Source: an uncultured virus (IMG/VR IMGVR_UViG_3300032295_003161)
Taxonomy: Duplodnaviria; Heunggongvirae; Uroviricota; Caudoviricetes
DNA length: 64,000 nt
Reading direction: 5' to 3' (one strand)
Virus record (IMG/VR): IMGVR_UViG_3300032295_003161
The notes beneath the pieces were generated by a model that ran no database searches, was not told where the DNA came from, and saw nothing but the letters and a program-made list of their open reading frames with translations. The position numbers and the translations under genes were made by a program. This document shows, piece after piece, positions 1 through 8,918 of the stretch; the first letter of the stretch is position 1, and each line of letters opens with the position of its first letter.

Positions 1-103
1 CTTGATTAAATCATAGGCTCTCACTTGCTTTTGAAATAAACACAAGGCAAATGTAATGCCTTGATTTGAATTATGCAAGGGGAAATAAGAAATAAACGCC
101 TTG

Positions 104-620
104 ATTGGCTCGGCTCGGCTCGGCTTGGTTCGGCTCGGCTCGGCTCGGAGCTGGTGTTAGGAAAAGTTTCCTATCTGGAGGGTCGGAAGTGGGTTTGTTA
201 TAGTATTTGTTAGGAAAACCTTCCTATGTGGGCGGTGGGAAGTCGGAGCTGGGTTTAGTTGTGCTATATAAGGCTGATTTTAAGGGTATAGACTGAAATT
301 AAAACATATTTTTAAGGGTATAGACTGAAAATATTACTTCTGGAAGGTGGGTTTAAACGTATAGATTGAAATTCAAAAACATTTTTAAAGCTATAAATTG
401 AAAATATTACTGGATAAAGGGTGGGAAGTAGGTCGGAGCTGGGTCGGTAGTAGGTCGGTTTGGAACAAAGTTGGAACTTGTTTGGGAATTGTTTGGGAAT
501 TGTTTGGAACTTTCTTATTCTGATAATCAATATTTTATACTTGAAAATGGAAACAAATGTGGGAAATGTTTGGGAAGTGTTGGGAACTTTTAAAGAACTT
601 TTAGCAGGAGGTGGGGGGAG
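104..620. repeat. G-rich low-complexity non-coding region with short tandem repeats (possible terminus/origin)
   Basis: (GGCTC)n at ~107-149; GGGTATAGACTGAAA twice (~284, ~315); GTTTGGGAA(TT) repeats at ~480-510 and ~568-590; no credible ORF. Confidence 0.7.
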
Positions 621-660
621 GGTATAACAACAATTTAACTAAAATAATTTAAAAAAACAT

Positions 661-706
661 TTTGTAGAACCAAAAAACATTCTTACTTTTACTCCGAACT
701 TTAAAA
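661..706 (+). promoter_or_regulatory. Bacteroidetes-type promoter, phage motif copy 1
   Basis: TTTG 661-664, 19 nt spacer with TAGAACCAAAA, TACTTTTA 684-691, then GAACTTTAAAA; architecture repeated at 1829 and 6121. Confidence 0.65.
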
Positions 707-715
707 CTAAATAAA

Positions 716-1087
716 ATGGATAAAGAATTTATACCTTACGAACAAGCATTAGCTTTAAAAGAATTAGGGTTTGATGAACCTTGTTTTGGATATTTTCATC
801 AAGATGATTATGTAAAGCCTATAATTACAAACATAGCTAAAGGTCAATTTATTAAAAATTCAAAAGCTTGTTCTGCACCAACATTTTCGCAAGTATTTTC
901 TTTTTTTAGAGAGAAGTATGGATGTGAGTTTCATATAATATGTAGAAGACATACTTCTATTAAATATTATGAAGTGTTTCTTTTTGATGGGAATAATAGT
1001 AGTATGGTTTTTGGAAAATCATTGAAGTACGAACAAGCAGAACTTGAACTTTTAAATAAATTAATTGAAATTTTTAAAAACAAATAG
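716..1087 (+). CDS. hypothetical phage protein (KEFIPYEQALALKELGFDEPC family)
   Basis: 123 aa ORF after promoter; N-terminus typical of Bacteroidetes phage small proteins. Confidence 0.75.
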   Translation: MDKEFIPYEQALALKELGFDEPCFGYFHQDDYVKPIITNIAKGQFIKNSKACSAPTFSQVFSFFREKYGCEFHIICRRHTSIKYYEVFLFDGNNSSMVFGKSLKYEQAELELLNKLIEIFKNK

Positions 1088-1089
1088 TT

Positions 1090-1416
1090 ATGCCGAGAAA
1101 AACCGACACAATACCTATCAACAACGAATTGTTGGATAGAAGGGTAAAGCTAACTCAAGATGATAAGAAATTAATAGTTTGGCTACGAGAGGAAGAACAG
1201 ATTAGCTACCAGAAATTAGCAAATAGGTTTGGAGTTTCTAAAAGGAGTATTATTTTTATATGCAGACCCGAATTAAAGGTAAAAGACCTTGAAAATAGAA
1301 AAAAAAGAGGTGGCTCTAAATTATATTACAATAGAGAGAAACACACTCAATCTATTAGAGAGCATAGAGATTACAAAAAAGAACTTAACCAAAAAGGTTT
1401 ACTTAAAATTAATTAG
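1090..1416 (+). CDS. helix-turn-helix DNA-binding protein
   Basis: ISYQKLANRFGVSKRSIIFI HTH pattern. Confidence 0.7.
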   Translation: MPRKTDTIPINNELLDRRVKLTQDDKKLIVWLREEEQISYQKLANRFGVSKRSIIFICRPELKVKDLENRKKRGGSKLYYNREKHTQSIREHRDYKKELNQKGLLKIN

Positions 1417-1426
1417 ATAAAAAATA

Positions 1427-1819
1427 ATGGATAGACAAATTAAATTTAGATTCTGGGGTAAGTTTGGAGAACTTAACGAGGAAAAAGACGAATGTGAAAA
1501 CGAAATGCTTTACGGAGATAGGTTTTGTTTTTCTGAACATGCACCAATTAACGACTTATTTGCCGACAAGTCTTTTGTGGCTATGCAGTTTACTGGATTG
1601 ACTGATAAAAATGGTAATGAAATTTATGAAGGGGATGTATTAAGTAATTCTACTGGGAAAATAGATAAAGTTATTTTTTATGAAAACGGATTTTTTGGTA
1701 AATCAAAATCTAATATGGGTAAAAATCATTATTGGTATAATCCTTTGTGTGCAGATTATATAAAAAACAAAGAGGTAATTGGGAATATTTACGAGAATCC
1801 AGAACTTTTAAAAAAATAA
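1427..1819 (+). CDS. YopX family protein
   Basis: IKFRFW...MQFTGLTDKNGNEIYEGDV...EVIGNIYENPELL signature. Confidence 0.9.
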   Translation: MDRQIKFRFWGKFGELNEEKDECENEMLYGDRFCFSEHAPINDLFADKSFVAMQFTGLTDKNGNEIYEGDVLSNSTGKIDKVIFYENGFFGKSKSNMGKNHYWYNPLCADYIKNKEVIGNIYENPELLKK

Positions 1820-1828
1820 TCAAATTAT

Positions 1829-1875
1829 TTTGTAGAACCAAAAGTATTTTGTACTTTTGATATGAACTTTAAAAC
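1829..1875 (+). promoter_or_regulatory. Bacteroidetes-type promoter, phage motif copy 2
   Basis: TTTG 1829-1832, 19 nt spacer with TAGAACCAAAA, TACTTTTG 1852-1859, GAACTTTAAAA. Confidence 0.7.
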
Positions 1876-1885
1876 ATAATCAATC

Positions 1886-2077
1886 ATGTCAACTGAAAAT
1901 CAATTACAAGTATCAGAGGAAACTATTAACGTACAAAGTGTTTATATTCCAGAAAATTGGAAAAAAAATCAAGAAGATAAATCTATGGCTTTTCTTCATT
2001 GGATGGCGTACCATATCAAGTCAGTTAATTATACTAACGACCAAGAAATGTCGGATGCACTATTAAGATTGAATTAA
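1886..2077 (+). CDS. hypothetical protein
   Basis: 63 aa ORF directly after promoter. Confidence 0.65.
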   Translation: MSTENQLQVSEETINVQSVYIPENWKKNQEDKSMAFLHWMAYHIKSVNYTNDQEMSDALLRLN

Positions 2078-2098
2078 TAACTTTTAAAACTAAAAAAA

Positions 2099-2344
2099 AT
2101 GGAAAATTCACAAGAAAACCACATGGTTACAAAAACAAGTCAAGTAAAAAAACACTTGTATCAAAAAGGATTTATTAATTCTTGGACAGCTATTGAACTA
2201 TACGGAGCTACAAGACTTTCTGCTATTATTTACAATTTAAGAAATAGAGGTATGGATATACAATCAGTTCCTAAAACTACACTTGACAGAAACGGAAATA
2301 CTTGTAATTTTGTTGATTATGTTTTAATTCAAAAAAACGAATAA
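2099..2344 (+). CDS. winged HTH domain protein
   Basis: HL..KGFINSWTAIELYGATRLSAIIYNLRNRGMDI, common phage HTH family. Confidence 0.8.
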   Translation: MENSQENHMVTKTSQVKKHLYQKGFINSWTAIELYGATRLSAIIYNLRNRGMDIQSVPKTTLDRNGNTCNFVDYVLIQKNE

Positions 2345-2479
2345 CGTTTTCGGGCTTTGCTTTGTTGCGGAAAAGTAAACCAAAAGTTTAGATTTAAAAA
2401 CAAAAATAACAAATACAAACTGAACATCGAATTATGCCTTAAACCGCAATAGAGCAAAACCGATGTTATAAGTAGCTTT
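2339..2479 (+). repeat. attC-like imperfect inverted repeat
   Basis: TAACgttttcgggctttgctttgttgcgg (2342-2370) pairs with ccgcaatagagcaaaaccgatGTTA (2444-2468); AAC end overlaps upstream stop codon. Confidence 0.55.
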
Positions 2480-2483
2480 TATT

Positions 2484-2609
2484 ATGGAAAAACCTAAAAA
2501 ATCAAATTATAAATTTCATTTTGGAATGTGCTGGTCATTTAGAAAAGAAGCATACGAAGCTGATTTGAGAAAATATAATGAATGGCTAAAAAACAATAAA
2601 AATAAATAA
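2484..2609 (+). CDS. small hypothetical protein inside cassette-like unit (41 aa, not in ORF track)
   Basis: Hand-translated MEKPKKSNYKFHFGMCWSFRKEAYEADLRKYNEWLKNNKNK. Confidence 0.5.
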   Translation: MEKPKKSNYKFHFGMCWSFRKEAYEADLRKYNEWLKNNKNK

Positions 2610-2817
2610 GTAAACAGTAACCGAACAGGTAAGAAGCAACCTAAAGCTGACGGAGAGAATTACTGACGAGTAAGAAAACGTCGAAATATTACGGATTGAG
2701 AAATTAAGCCAATTGTAATGATGTAAGAGCATTAATTTTCAACATTAAAAGTTAACGTTTCAGTTCGGTTAAAGTTACTTATAACTATTGGCTAACCGCT
2801 ATAAATGTATTACAATT

Positions 2818-3000
2818 ATGCAAAAATACACAAAAACAAAGGTAATTCGCATAACAGAAACGCAACACAAAACGTTACAAAAAATGAAAACTTTAAATGT
2901 TGATGTTGGGAACTTTATAAGATTATCAATTCAAGAAAAATTAAAACGTGATAAACACGAAATAGTTAAACCAAAGGAAGTAATTAAATGTCCTTTTTAA
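2818..3000 (+). CDS. small ribbon-helix-helix-like DNA-binding protein
   Basis: ATG at 2818; TKVIRITETQHKTLQKMK...VGNFIRLSIQEKL beta-alpha-alpha pattern. Confidence 0.55.
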   Translation: MQKYTKTKVIRITETQHKTLQKMKTLNVDVGNFIRLSIQEKLKRDKHEIVKPKEVIKCPF

Positions 3001-3053
3001 ATTAATGTTCATTGGTTTATTTTTTTTAGTACATTTGACAAAAATAAATTATT

Positions 3054-3302
3054 ATGGATTCAAATACTAAAAAAATGTTGTATTACGGAGGAGGAGCTAT
3101 ACTTGTAGGAGCAGTTGCTTTTTTCGTTTATTCGTTCTTTAAAAAAGACGAAATTGTTGTTGGTAATACCGTTTTATCATTAGGGGAAGATGAAACGGAA
3201 TCTACTACAACTGGAGGTTTTAAAGCTCCAAAAATTGATTTTTCTGAAGGGATTAATTATGAACAAACGCCATTAAAAGACCTTTGGAACAAACTTAAAT
3301 AG
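3054..3302 (+). CDS. small N-anchored membrane protein
   Basis: TM segment LYYGGGAILVGAVAFFVYSFF; TACATTTG at 3030-3037 upstream. Confidence 0.75.
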   Translation: MDSNTKKMLYYGGGAILVGAVAFFVYSFFKKDEIVVGNTVLSLGEDETESTTTGGFKAPKIDFSEGINYEQTPLKDLWNKLK

Positions 3303-3389
3303 ATATTTTAAAATATCTAAAAAATAATAGTGGTACTTGTTGCCACTTTTTTTGACACAAATTTAAAAATTAAAACCAAAAACTTCATT

Positions 3390-3686
3390 ATGTCTGGATA
3401 TAGAAAATTAAAATTAGAAATCCTTGAGTTAAGAAAACAAGGTAAGAGTTATAGAGAAATAGAAAGTATTTTGAATTGTAATCGTAGTGTAATAAACTTT
3501 CATTGCACCAAACATAATTTGACTGATACTGGCAAAAAAAGATATGCCGTTTCTGATAAAACGAAAGTTGCTATTTCTGATTTTTGTAAGCATAAAAAAA
3601 TCAAAGAAGCACAAATCTATTTTAATTTATCAAAAAGCACTATTTTAAAATATAAAAATTTTGAATTAAAAGATGAGCAAAAATAA
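3390..3686 (+). CDS. helix-turn-helix protein
   Basis: EILELRKQGKSYREIESILNCNRSVINFH; ATG at 3390 preferred. Confidence 0.7.
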   Translation: MSGYRKLKLEILELRKQGKSYREIESILNCNRSVINFHCTKHNLTDTGKKRYAVSDKTKVAISDFCKHKKIKEAQIYFNLSKSTILKYKNFELKDEQK

Positions 3687-4653
3687 ACCAACTAATAAAA
3701 AAGTCAACAAACCAAAGGCTAAAAAGCCAAATGGTAGAAAGACTTGGCTAAAAGTAGCTAAAAAAGTACACGAACTTAACAAAAAGAAAAAGTTAGGGTG
3801 GACTTGGAGTGAAAGTATGCGTTTTGCATCAAAAAATGTTTATCCTAACTTTAAAGGAAAAACACATAATAAAATTAAATTATCTGATATTGAATTAGAA
3901 TTTAATGATAAAATTCAACAAGGAAAACAACCAGTACCCACACCTACACCTACACCAAAACCAATTGAGAATTGTTTTTCCGCTTTAAAAGTTCCTGCTG
4001 AAGATTTAATTGAGAGAGAGTGGTGGAGTATAGCTGATGATGATGTTTGGATTAATTTTGATTCTAATTTACCAATGCGTTTTGCTTTTGACAATATAAT
4101 TGATACTGGAATAATTAAGAAGTCGGAAATGCCTAATATGATGGAAATCCGAGAAGATATTCGTAGGTCTGGACAAAAATATGGTTTAGTTATTTTCAAA
4201 GTATTAATTCAACCAAATAAAAAAGACGATGGTAAGCCATGTAGCTATTATGTTTTAGTTACATTAGAAAATTCAAGTTACGACCAAAATCTTAAAGATG
4301 GCGAAATTTATGGGCAAATGACCGAAGGGGATTTATCTGAAGAACAAATTGCACAAAGGGAAGAAAGAAGAAAAGAGAGAGAAAAATTAATGAAGCAAAA
4401 AACTTCTAAAAAGGAAGCCAAGACCAGAGAAAGACCAAAGGAAGTTGAGCCAAAAAGTATTACAAAAACCGAATCCAAAGTTGACATTGAATTTGAGAAA
4501 ATTAAGCTACAAAAAGAGAGTAGAGATACATTGGCAAGGATTTTAGATGGATTAAGACAAGATTTTAAAGATGGTTTAATCACTAAAAGACAATTCCAAC
4601 AAAGACAACAACAAATTATTGAGAAATTTGAAAAAGGAGGTAAAATAAGCTAA
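3673..4653 (+). CDS. hypothetical protein, basic N-terminus, C-terminal FEKGG motif
   Basis: 326 aa ORF; PT repeat linker; ends KFEKGGKIS. Confidence 0.8.
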   Translation: MSKNKPTNKKVNKPKAKKPNGRKTWLKVAKKVHELNKKKKLGWTWSESMRFASKNVYPNFKGKTHNKIKLSDIELEFNDKIQQGKQPVPTPTPTPKPIENCFSALKVPAEDLIEREWWSIADDDVWINFDSNLPMRFAFDNIIDTGIIKKSEMPNMMEIREDIRRSGQKYGLVIFKVLIQPNKKDDGKPCSYYVLVTLENSSYDQNLKDGEIYGQMTEGDLSEEQIAQREERRKEREKLMKQKTSKKEAKTRERPKEVEPKSITKTESKVDIEFEKIKLQKESRDTLARILDGLRQDFKDGLITKRQFQQRQQQIIEKFEKGGKIS

Positions 4654-4655
4654 TT

Positions 4656-5420
4656 ATGAAACGACAATTTAAAAACTTTTCTTGCGATAGAACTTACAAA
4701 AGATTAGTAGGTGGTAAACATAATTTTCTAATTAGAAAAGGTAGTGAAATCAATCAAATTATTTTTGGTAAAAACCACTATCTTTTCGCTACTGAAAACA
4801 GGAATTTTCCAAAAAGCAAATTGTACTTATTCAAAATGGTAAATGATGATGTTAAAAAATTTTTAGACCAAAATCCTTTTGTTGATTTACCGCCAAATAA
4901 TAAGACCCAAGAGTTTAATTACGAATACGATATTCACAAAGGAATTATTACTGGAACTGATTTAGACCATGCCTATTGGAGAATTGCTTATGTAAAGGGT
5001 TATATATCTAAAAACACTTATGAGCATGGTATTAAAGATGAAAAATCAAAGACTATTCGTTTGGCTACATTAGGGGTTTTAGGTAGCGAACAAAAGTTTG
5101 AACGATATGAGAATGGAGAATATGTAGAAACCATTACCAGAAGAAAGGAAAATAAAGCTATGAAGCTTGTTTATAGGGATATTAGATTAACCTGCTTTTT
5201 TTTGATGTTTCAGTTATCACTTTTATTAGGAGAAGATTTTGAGAGCTGGAATACCGATTGTATCTATTATCGAGATAGTGCCGAAAACAGAAAGTTAGTT
5301 CACGATTTTTTTGATATGCACAATATGTTATACAAGCAATTAACCAACAACTCAATGGATTATTTTGAAGAAGTAGAAGATACCTTTGAACCAAATACAA
5401 ACCAAGAACAACAAGATTAA
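4656..5420 (+). CDS. miniature family-B DNA polymerase-like palm protein
   Basis: GTDLDHAYW (motif A-like), KTIRLATLGVLG (motif B-like), SWNTDCIYY (motif C-like). Confidence 0.5.
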   Translation: MKRQFKNFSCDRTYKRLVGGKHNFLIRKGSEINQIIFGKNHYLFATENRNFPKSKLYLFKMVNDDVKKFLDQNPFVDLPPNNKTQEFNYEYDIHKGIITGTDLDHAYWRIAYVKGYISKNTYEHGIKDEKSKTIRLATLGVLGSEQKFERYENGEYVETITRRKENKAMKLVYRDIRLTCFFLMFQLSLLLGEDFESWNTDCIYYRDSAENRKLVHDFFDMHNMLYKQLTNNSMDYFEEVEDTFEPNTNQEQQD

Positions 5421-5511
5421 ACTCTTATCTAATAAGATATTTTATATTATATTAAATATGTTTTATTTTATTAGATAAGATTTATTATATTTGTAATTAA
5501 AACATACCAAG

Positions 5512-5817
5512 ATGGATTTAACAACAACACCCTTTGATTTAAAGGCTCTACGAAAAAAATGTGAGTTTACGGAATTTACCGAAAGCGGAATAAATATAGT
5601 AATGTTATCGCCTTTGGATTCTGAAATTAATTCTGGACATAGATATATGTTTGGAACTTATAAAGATGGCAACTACTATTGGTTTTTCAATGGTAGGTCT
5701 ATTGCTGAATCAAGACAAATGATGAGAGATATTTATTTTGAAATAACAGAAAACATATCTGATAAAAATCAGGTAATTTTCGCATATAAAGGAAACATTT
5801 ATGGAAGTAGAATTTAA
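5512..5817 (+). CDS. hypothetical protein
   Basis: 101 aa ORF after TATATTTG at 5486-5493. Confidence 0.7.
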   Translation: MDLTTTPFDLKALRKKCEFTEFTESGINIVMLSPLDSEINSGHRYMFGTYKDGNYYWFFNGRSIAESRQMMRDIYFEITENISDKNQVIFAYKGNIYGSRI

Positions 5818-6112
5818 AAAATTAGAAAGCACTTACGCAAAGGTAAAATTTCTATTAGAAAAAGTACCAGAACTATGTAATGATACAGACCGACTTATAT
5901 TTACTTTTTATTTTTACGAATTAGGTAAAGATAAAATCAATGAGATGAGTGGGTATGATGTGTTTACATACTTCAATAGTAAATTCAAGGATAAAACAGC
6001 CAAGATTAACACCATTTCAAGAATGAGTAGATTAGTGTTGCAACGTAATCCAGAACTAAAAAAACCTATTGAACAAATAAAAACTGCTTTTAAGATAAAA
6101 AATATTGATTAA
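5801..6112 (+). CDS. hypothetical protein
   Basis: 103 aa ORF overlapping previous gene. Confidence 0.7.
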   Translation: MEVEFKKLESTYAKVKFLLEKVPELCNDTDRLIFTFYFYELGKDKINEMSGYDVFTYFNSKFKDKTAKINTISRMSRLVLQRNPELKKPIEQIKTAFKIKNID

Positions 6113-6120
6113 TTATTTTT

Positions 6121-6161
6121 TAGAACCAAAAAACTTTTTATATTTGTTACGAACTTTAAAA
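6121..6161 (+). promoter_or_regulatory. Bacteroidetes-type promoter, phage motif copy 3
   Basis: TAGAACCAAAA, TATATTTG 6139-6146, GAACTTTAAAA 6151-6161. Confidence 0.65.
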
Positions 6162-6177
6162 TTTAATAATAAACAAA

Positions 6178-6480
6178 ATGCAAGTTACTTTAATTACAAC
6201 CGAAGGCGATATTAAAAAAGTTAACGTAAAAACTTTCAAAGATGCCAAACATTTCGTTTCTAAAGACCATTACGAAAGTCCAATTGAAATACTAACAATG
6301 TCAGATGGTAGATTAATGCTGTTAGATGAGGAAGGTAAACTGAAAGGATTGGAATATAACGAAGAAGCTACTCGTAGAGCCAAAGAAGATAATCTAATTT
6401 ACCCAAGTGATTTTATTGCTGGTAATGTGATAATTGTTGATGATGTAGATGAGTTTGATAGTCTTAATTACCAAGAATAA
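6178..6480 (+). CDS. DUF3846-like protein
   Basis: IEIL...MLLDEEGKLKGLEYNEEAT...DFIAGNVII. Confidence 0.75.
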   Translation: MQVTLITTEGDIKKVNVKTFKDAKHFVSKDHYESPIEILTMSDGRLMLLDEEGKLKGLEYNEEATRRAKEDNLIYPSDFIAGNVIIVDDVDEFDSLNYQE

Positions 6481-6507
6481 AAAAAGGGAGAATAAATCCT
6501 CCCTTTT
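6481..6507 (+). terminator. intrinsic terminator
   Basis: AAAAGGGAG-loop-CTCCCTTTT directly after stop. Confidence 0.65.
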
Positions 6508-6636
6508 CACTTTCCAAGAAACTCTAAAACACCAATGGATAAAAGTGTAATTCCAACAAATATACAATGCTTTCAATTCAAATAGGTTTTTGCAATGATT
6601 TTTATTCAAAACAAACACCGCACTAAATAGTTTACT

Positions 6637-6927
6637 TTGAAAACACGATTCTACAAATACTTTTTTTTAGGAATAGACAAACCAATAATTATGGAAGCGG
6701 AAAATAAAAACGATGCAGACCAAATGCTCGTTGATTTGCAATATAAATCCCAAATTCAAATAGATTTCAAAAGACTTATCGATGTAAGAGTAGAAACGCC
6801 TATTGTTGGAATATCTACTCGCAAACGCAAAGGAAATGACTTTGTGTGGGTTGGTAAAGAATACACCAGCGATGGGTGGTTACTAAAAGAAGAATACGAC
6901 AAAATTAATAACTTGAACAATAAATAA
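6637..6927 (+). CDS. hypothetical protein
   Basis: 96 aa ORF, TTG start, abuts nuclease gene. Confidence 0.65.
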   Translation: MKTRFYKYFFLGIDKPIIMEAENKNDADQMLVDLQYKSQIQIDFKRLIDVRVETPIVGISTRKRKGNDFVWVGKEYTSDGWLLKEEYDKINNLNNK

Positions 6928-6928
6928 A

Positions 6929-7711
6929 ATGAAAATATCTCAATCATTCGTAAAAGAATATAGCAAGTACAAGCAAAAAAGAGCTTGTGGCTTACAAGTA
7001 AAAGCAAAGTATGTAGATGGAATTAAATTTCCTTCAAGTGCCGTAATGGAAGTTGGAAATTACTTTGAGTTTATGGCGACTGGGTGCTTACCGAGAACTG
7101 GCGAAATACCTGCTCCAGAAATGGTTTACAAGGGAACTGCAAAAGAGAAATTATCTACTGATTACGAAAGAGCCAATGCAAGTGCCGAGTTCTTCAAAAA
7201 AGTAATTGACCATTACAAAATAGAAATACTTGAAACTGGCAAAATTATTACAAGGGAAAACCGTACTGGTATATTGGACATTGTGGCAAAATTCAATAAT
7301 AGGCTATGCGTTATCGATTTAAAGTATAGCGGACTATTAGAGGACAAATGGAGCGAGTTTGGGTGGGAAACCGAATCTTTGCCTTATAAGGACAATTTAA
7401 TGATACAAGCGGTACACTATACCATTTTGTTGTCGGAAGTATGCGAGGTCGATTATGAAGATATTGATTTTTACTTTTTTATATTCAATTCAAAAGACCC
7501 AGAGGATGCTAAAATCATAAAGATAAATATTGACCCTGATGCTTTTCAAAGTCATTTAGAAGCGGTTGATAAGGTTTATGAAGAAGTTGTTCTGAATAAT
7601 CATAATTTCAAGCCTTACCCAAGTTTAAAACTTTGTAAAAGCTGTCCGTTAACTGATTGCAAACACAAATTAACCATACCAAGCATTGAACAAGTCTATT
7701 ATACGATATAA
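6929..7711 (+). CDS. PD-(D/E)XK exonuclease (RecE/Cas4-like), probable RecT partner
   Basis: TGILDIV...VIDLK, QAVHY, C-terminal CKSC...C cluster; near RecT. Confidence 0.8.
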   Translation: MKISQSFVKEYSKYKQKRACGLQVKAKYVDGIKFPSSAVMEVGNYFEFMATGCLPRTGEIPAPEMVYKGTAKEKLSTDYERANASAEFFKKVIDHYKIEILETGKIITRENRTGILDIVAKFNNRLCVIDLKYSGLLEDKWSEFGWETESLPYKDNLMIQAVHYTILLSEVCEVDYEDIDFYFFIFNSKDPEDAKIIKINIDPDAFQSHLEAVDKVYEEVVLNNHNFKPYPSLKLCKSCPLTDCKHKLTIPSIEQVYYTI

Positions 7712-7959
7712 TGATAAATGAAAGAGAAATATATTATGCGGTTGGAGTTGTCCAAAATGATATTCAATATTTTGTAAAATATAAAAATCAGTTGAAAAAG
7801 TATTCTATTGATAATAGGGTGCAAATCTCAAAAGTCAATATGAATAATATTTTTATAGAAATTGAAAACATCACTTTGCATATAATAGAACTTAAAAACC
7901 AAGAACAAGAATTTTTAAAACTTTTAGATAAAATGTATTATGGAAAACACACCGATTAA
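7711..7959 (+). CDS. hypothetical protein
   Basis: 82 aa ORF translationally coupled. Confidence 0.6.
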   Translation: MINEREIYYAVGVVQNDIQYFVKYKNQLKKYSIDNRVQISKVNMNNIFIEIENITLHIIELKNQEQEFLKLLDKMYYGKHTD

Positions 7960-8791
7960 TCCACCTGCTCCTAAACGTGAATTATCATTAATTGATAAGT
8001 TTACTCACATTATGGGTATTTATGAGCAAAAGAACCTTGTAGAGTTACTTGAGAACTCAAGTTTTACTCCTGCAAAGTTCAAACAAGTTGTAATTACTGA
8101 AATTAAGAAAAGTGTAAAGCTACAAGAAGCCTTTTTAAAGAATCCAGCAAGTTTATTTGCAAGTATCTTACATTGTGCTGAATTAGACTTATCTCCAAGC
8201 CAAATGGTAGGCGAGTTTTTCTTTATTCCTTTCAAAGATACCATAACACCAGTTTTAGGATATAAAGGTCTTATAACGCTCCTATTGAGGTCGGATAAAA
8301 TTAAGAAAATTTGGACTGAAGTGGTTTATGAAGATGATGACTTTATTTATGAAATGGGTTTAGAGCCAAAATTAGTTCATATACCGAACCACGATGCCGA
8401 TAGAAGCAATAGTAAAATCAAGTTTGTTTACGCTTGTGCTAAATTAGAAGATAACGAAGTTACTTTCAAAGTTATGTCAACTAAAGAAGTAAAAGGTGTT
8501 ATCAACACTCTAAAAGTATCAAACGAACTGTACTTCAATGATAAAAAAGACCCAGAGAATTGGATGATTAAAAAAGTGGTTTTAAAGCAATTGGCAAAAA
8601 CACTTCCAAAGCAAGATGACCGATTGAAAAAAGCAATTTCTACTGATGATAATATTGAAGGCGGTAGCTATTTAATCGTAGATGATAATGATAATGTGAA
8701 ATTAATTCAAGGTAACATCATTGGTAAAAGAAAAAACAGCCTTTACAATTCATTAAACGTAAAAAATGAAGCCGAACTTATAGAGGAATAG
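7940..8791 (+). CDS. recT: RecT-family single-strand annealing recombinase
   Basis: SLFASILHCAELDLSP..GEFFFIPF..LGYKGLITL..VYEDDDF..MIKKVVLKQLAK. Confidence 0.9.
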   Translation: MENTPINPPAPKRELSLIDKFTHIMGIYEQKNLVELLENSSFTPAKFKQVVITEIKKSVKLQEAFLKNPASLFASILHCAELDLSPSQMVGEFFFIPFKDTITPVLGYKGLITLLLRSDKIKKIWTEVVYEDDDFIYEMGLEPKLVHIPNHDADRSNSKIKFVYACAKLEDNEVTFKVMSTKEVKGVINTLKVSNELYFNDKKDPENWMIKKVVLKQLAKTLPKQDDRLKKAISTDDNIEGGSYLIVDDNDNVKLIQGNIIGKRKNSLYNSLNVKNEAELIEE

Positions 8792-8888
8792 TTTTTTTAA
8801 TTATATTTGTAATCACAAAAGTTTTCATTTTCTGAAAAATGTAACACTTTGCAGATATTTTTTCATGCTTATTTTAAATTAGAAAATT

Positions 8889-8918
8889 AAAAAGACCGAG
8901 TAAAATCGGTCTTTTTTT
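8889..8918. terminator. bidirectional intrinsic terminator between convergent arms
   Basis: AAAAAGACCGA-gtaaaa-TCGGTCTTTTTTTT. Confidence 0.85.

Noticed and set aside
104..150. Possible CRISPR array
   Set aside because: 5 bp tandem units with no spacers; no cas operon. The Cas4-like nuclease sits with RecT.
312..530. 72 aa - strand ORF
   Set aside because: Lies in the repeat region, has low-complexity translation and opposes the local gene direction.
3429..8244. - strand ORFs inside the + arm (3429, 3915, 4308, 5182, 6394, 6756, 8020)
   Set aside because: Antisense shadows of better-supported + strand genes.
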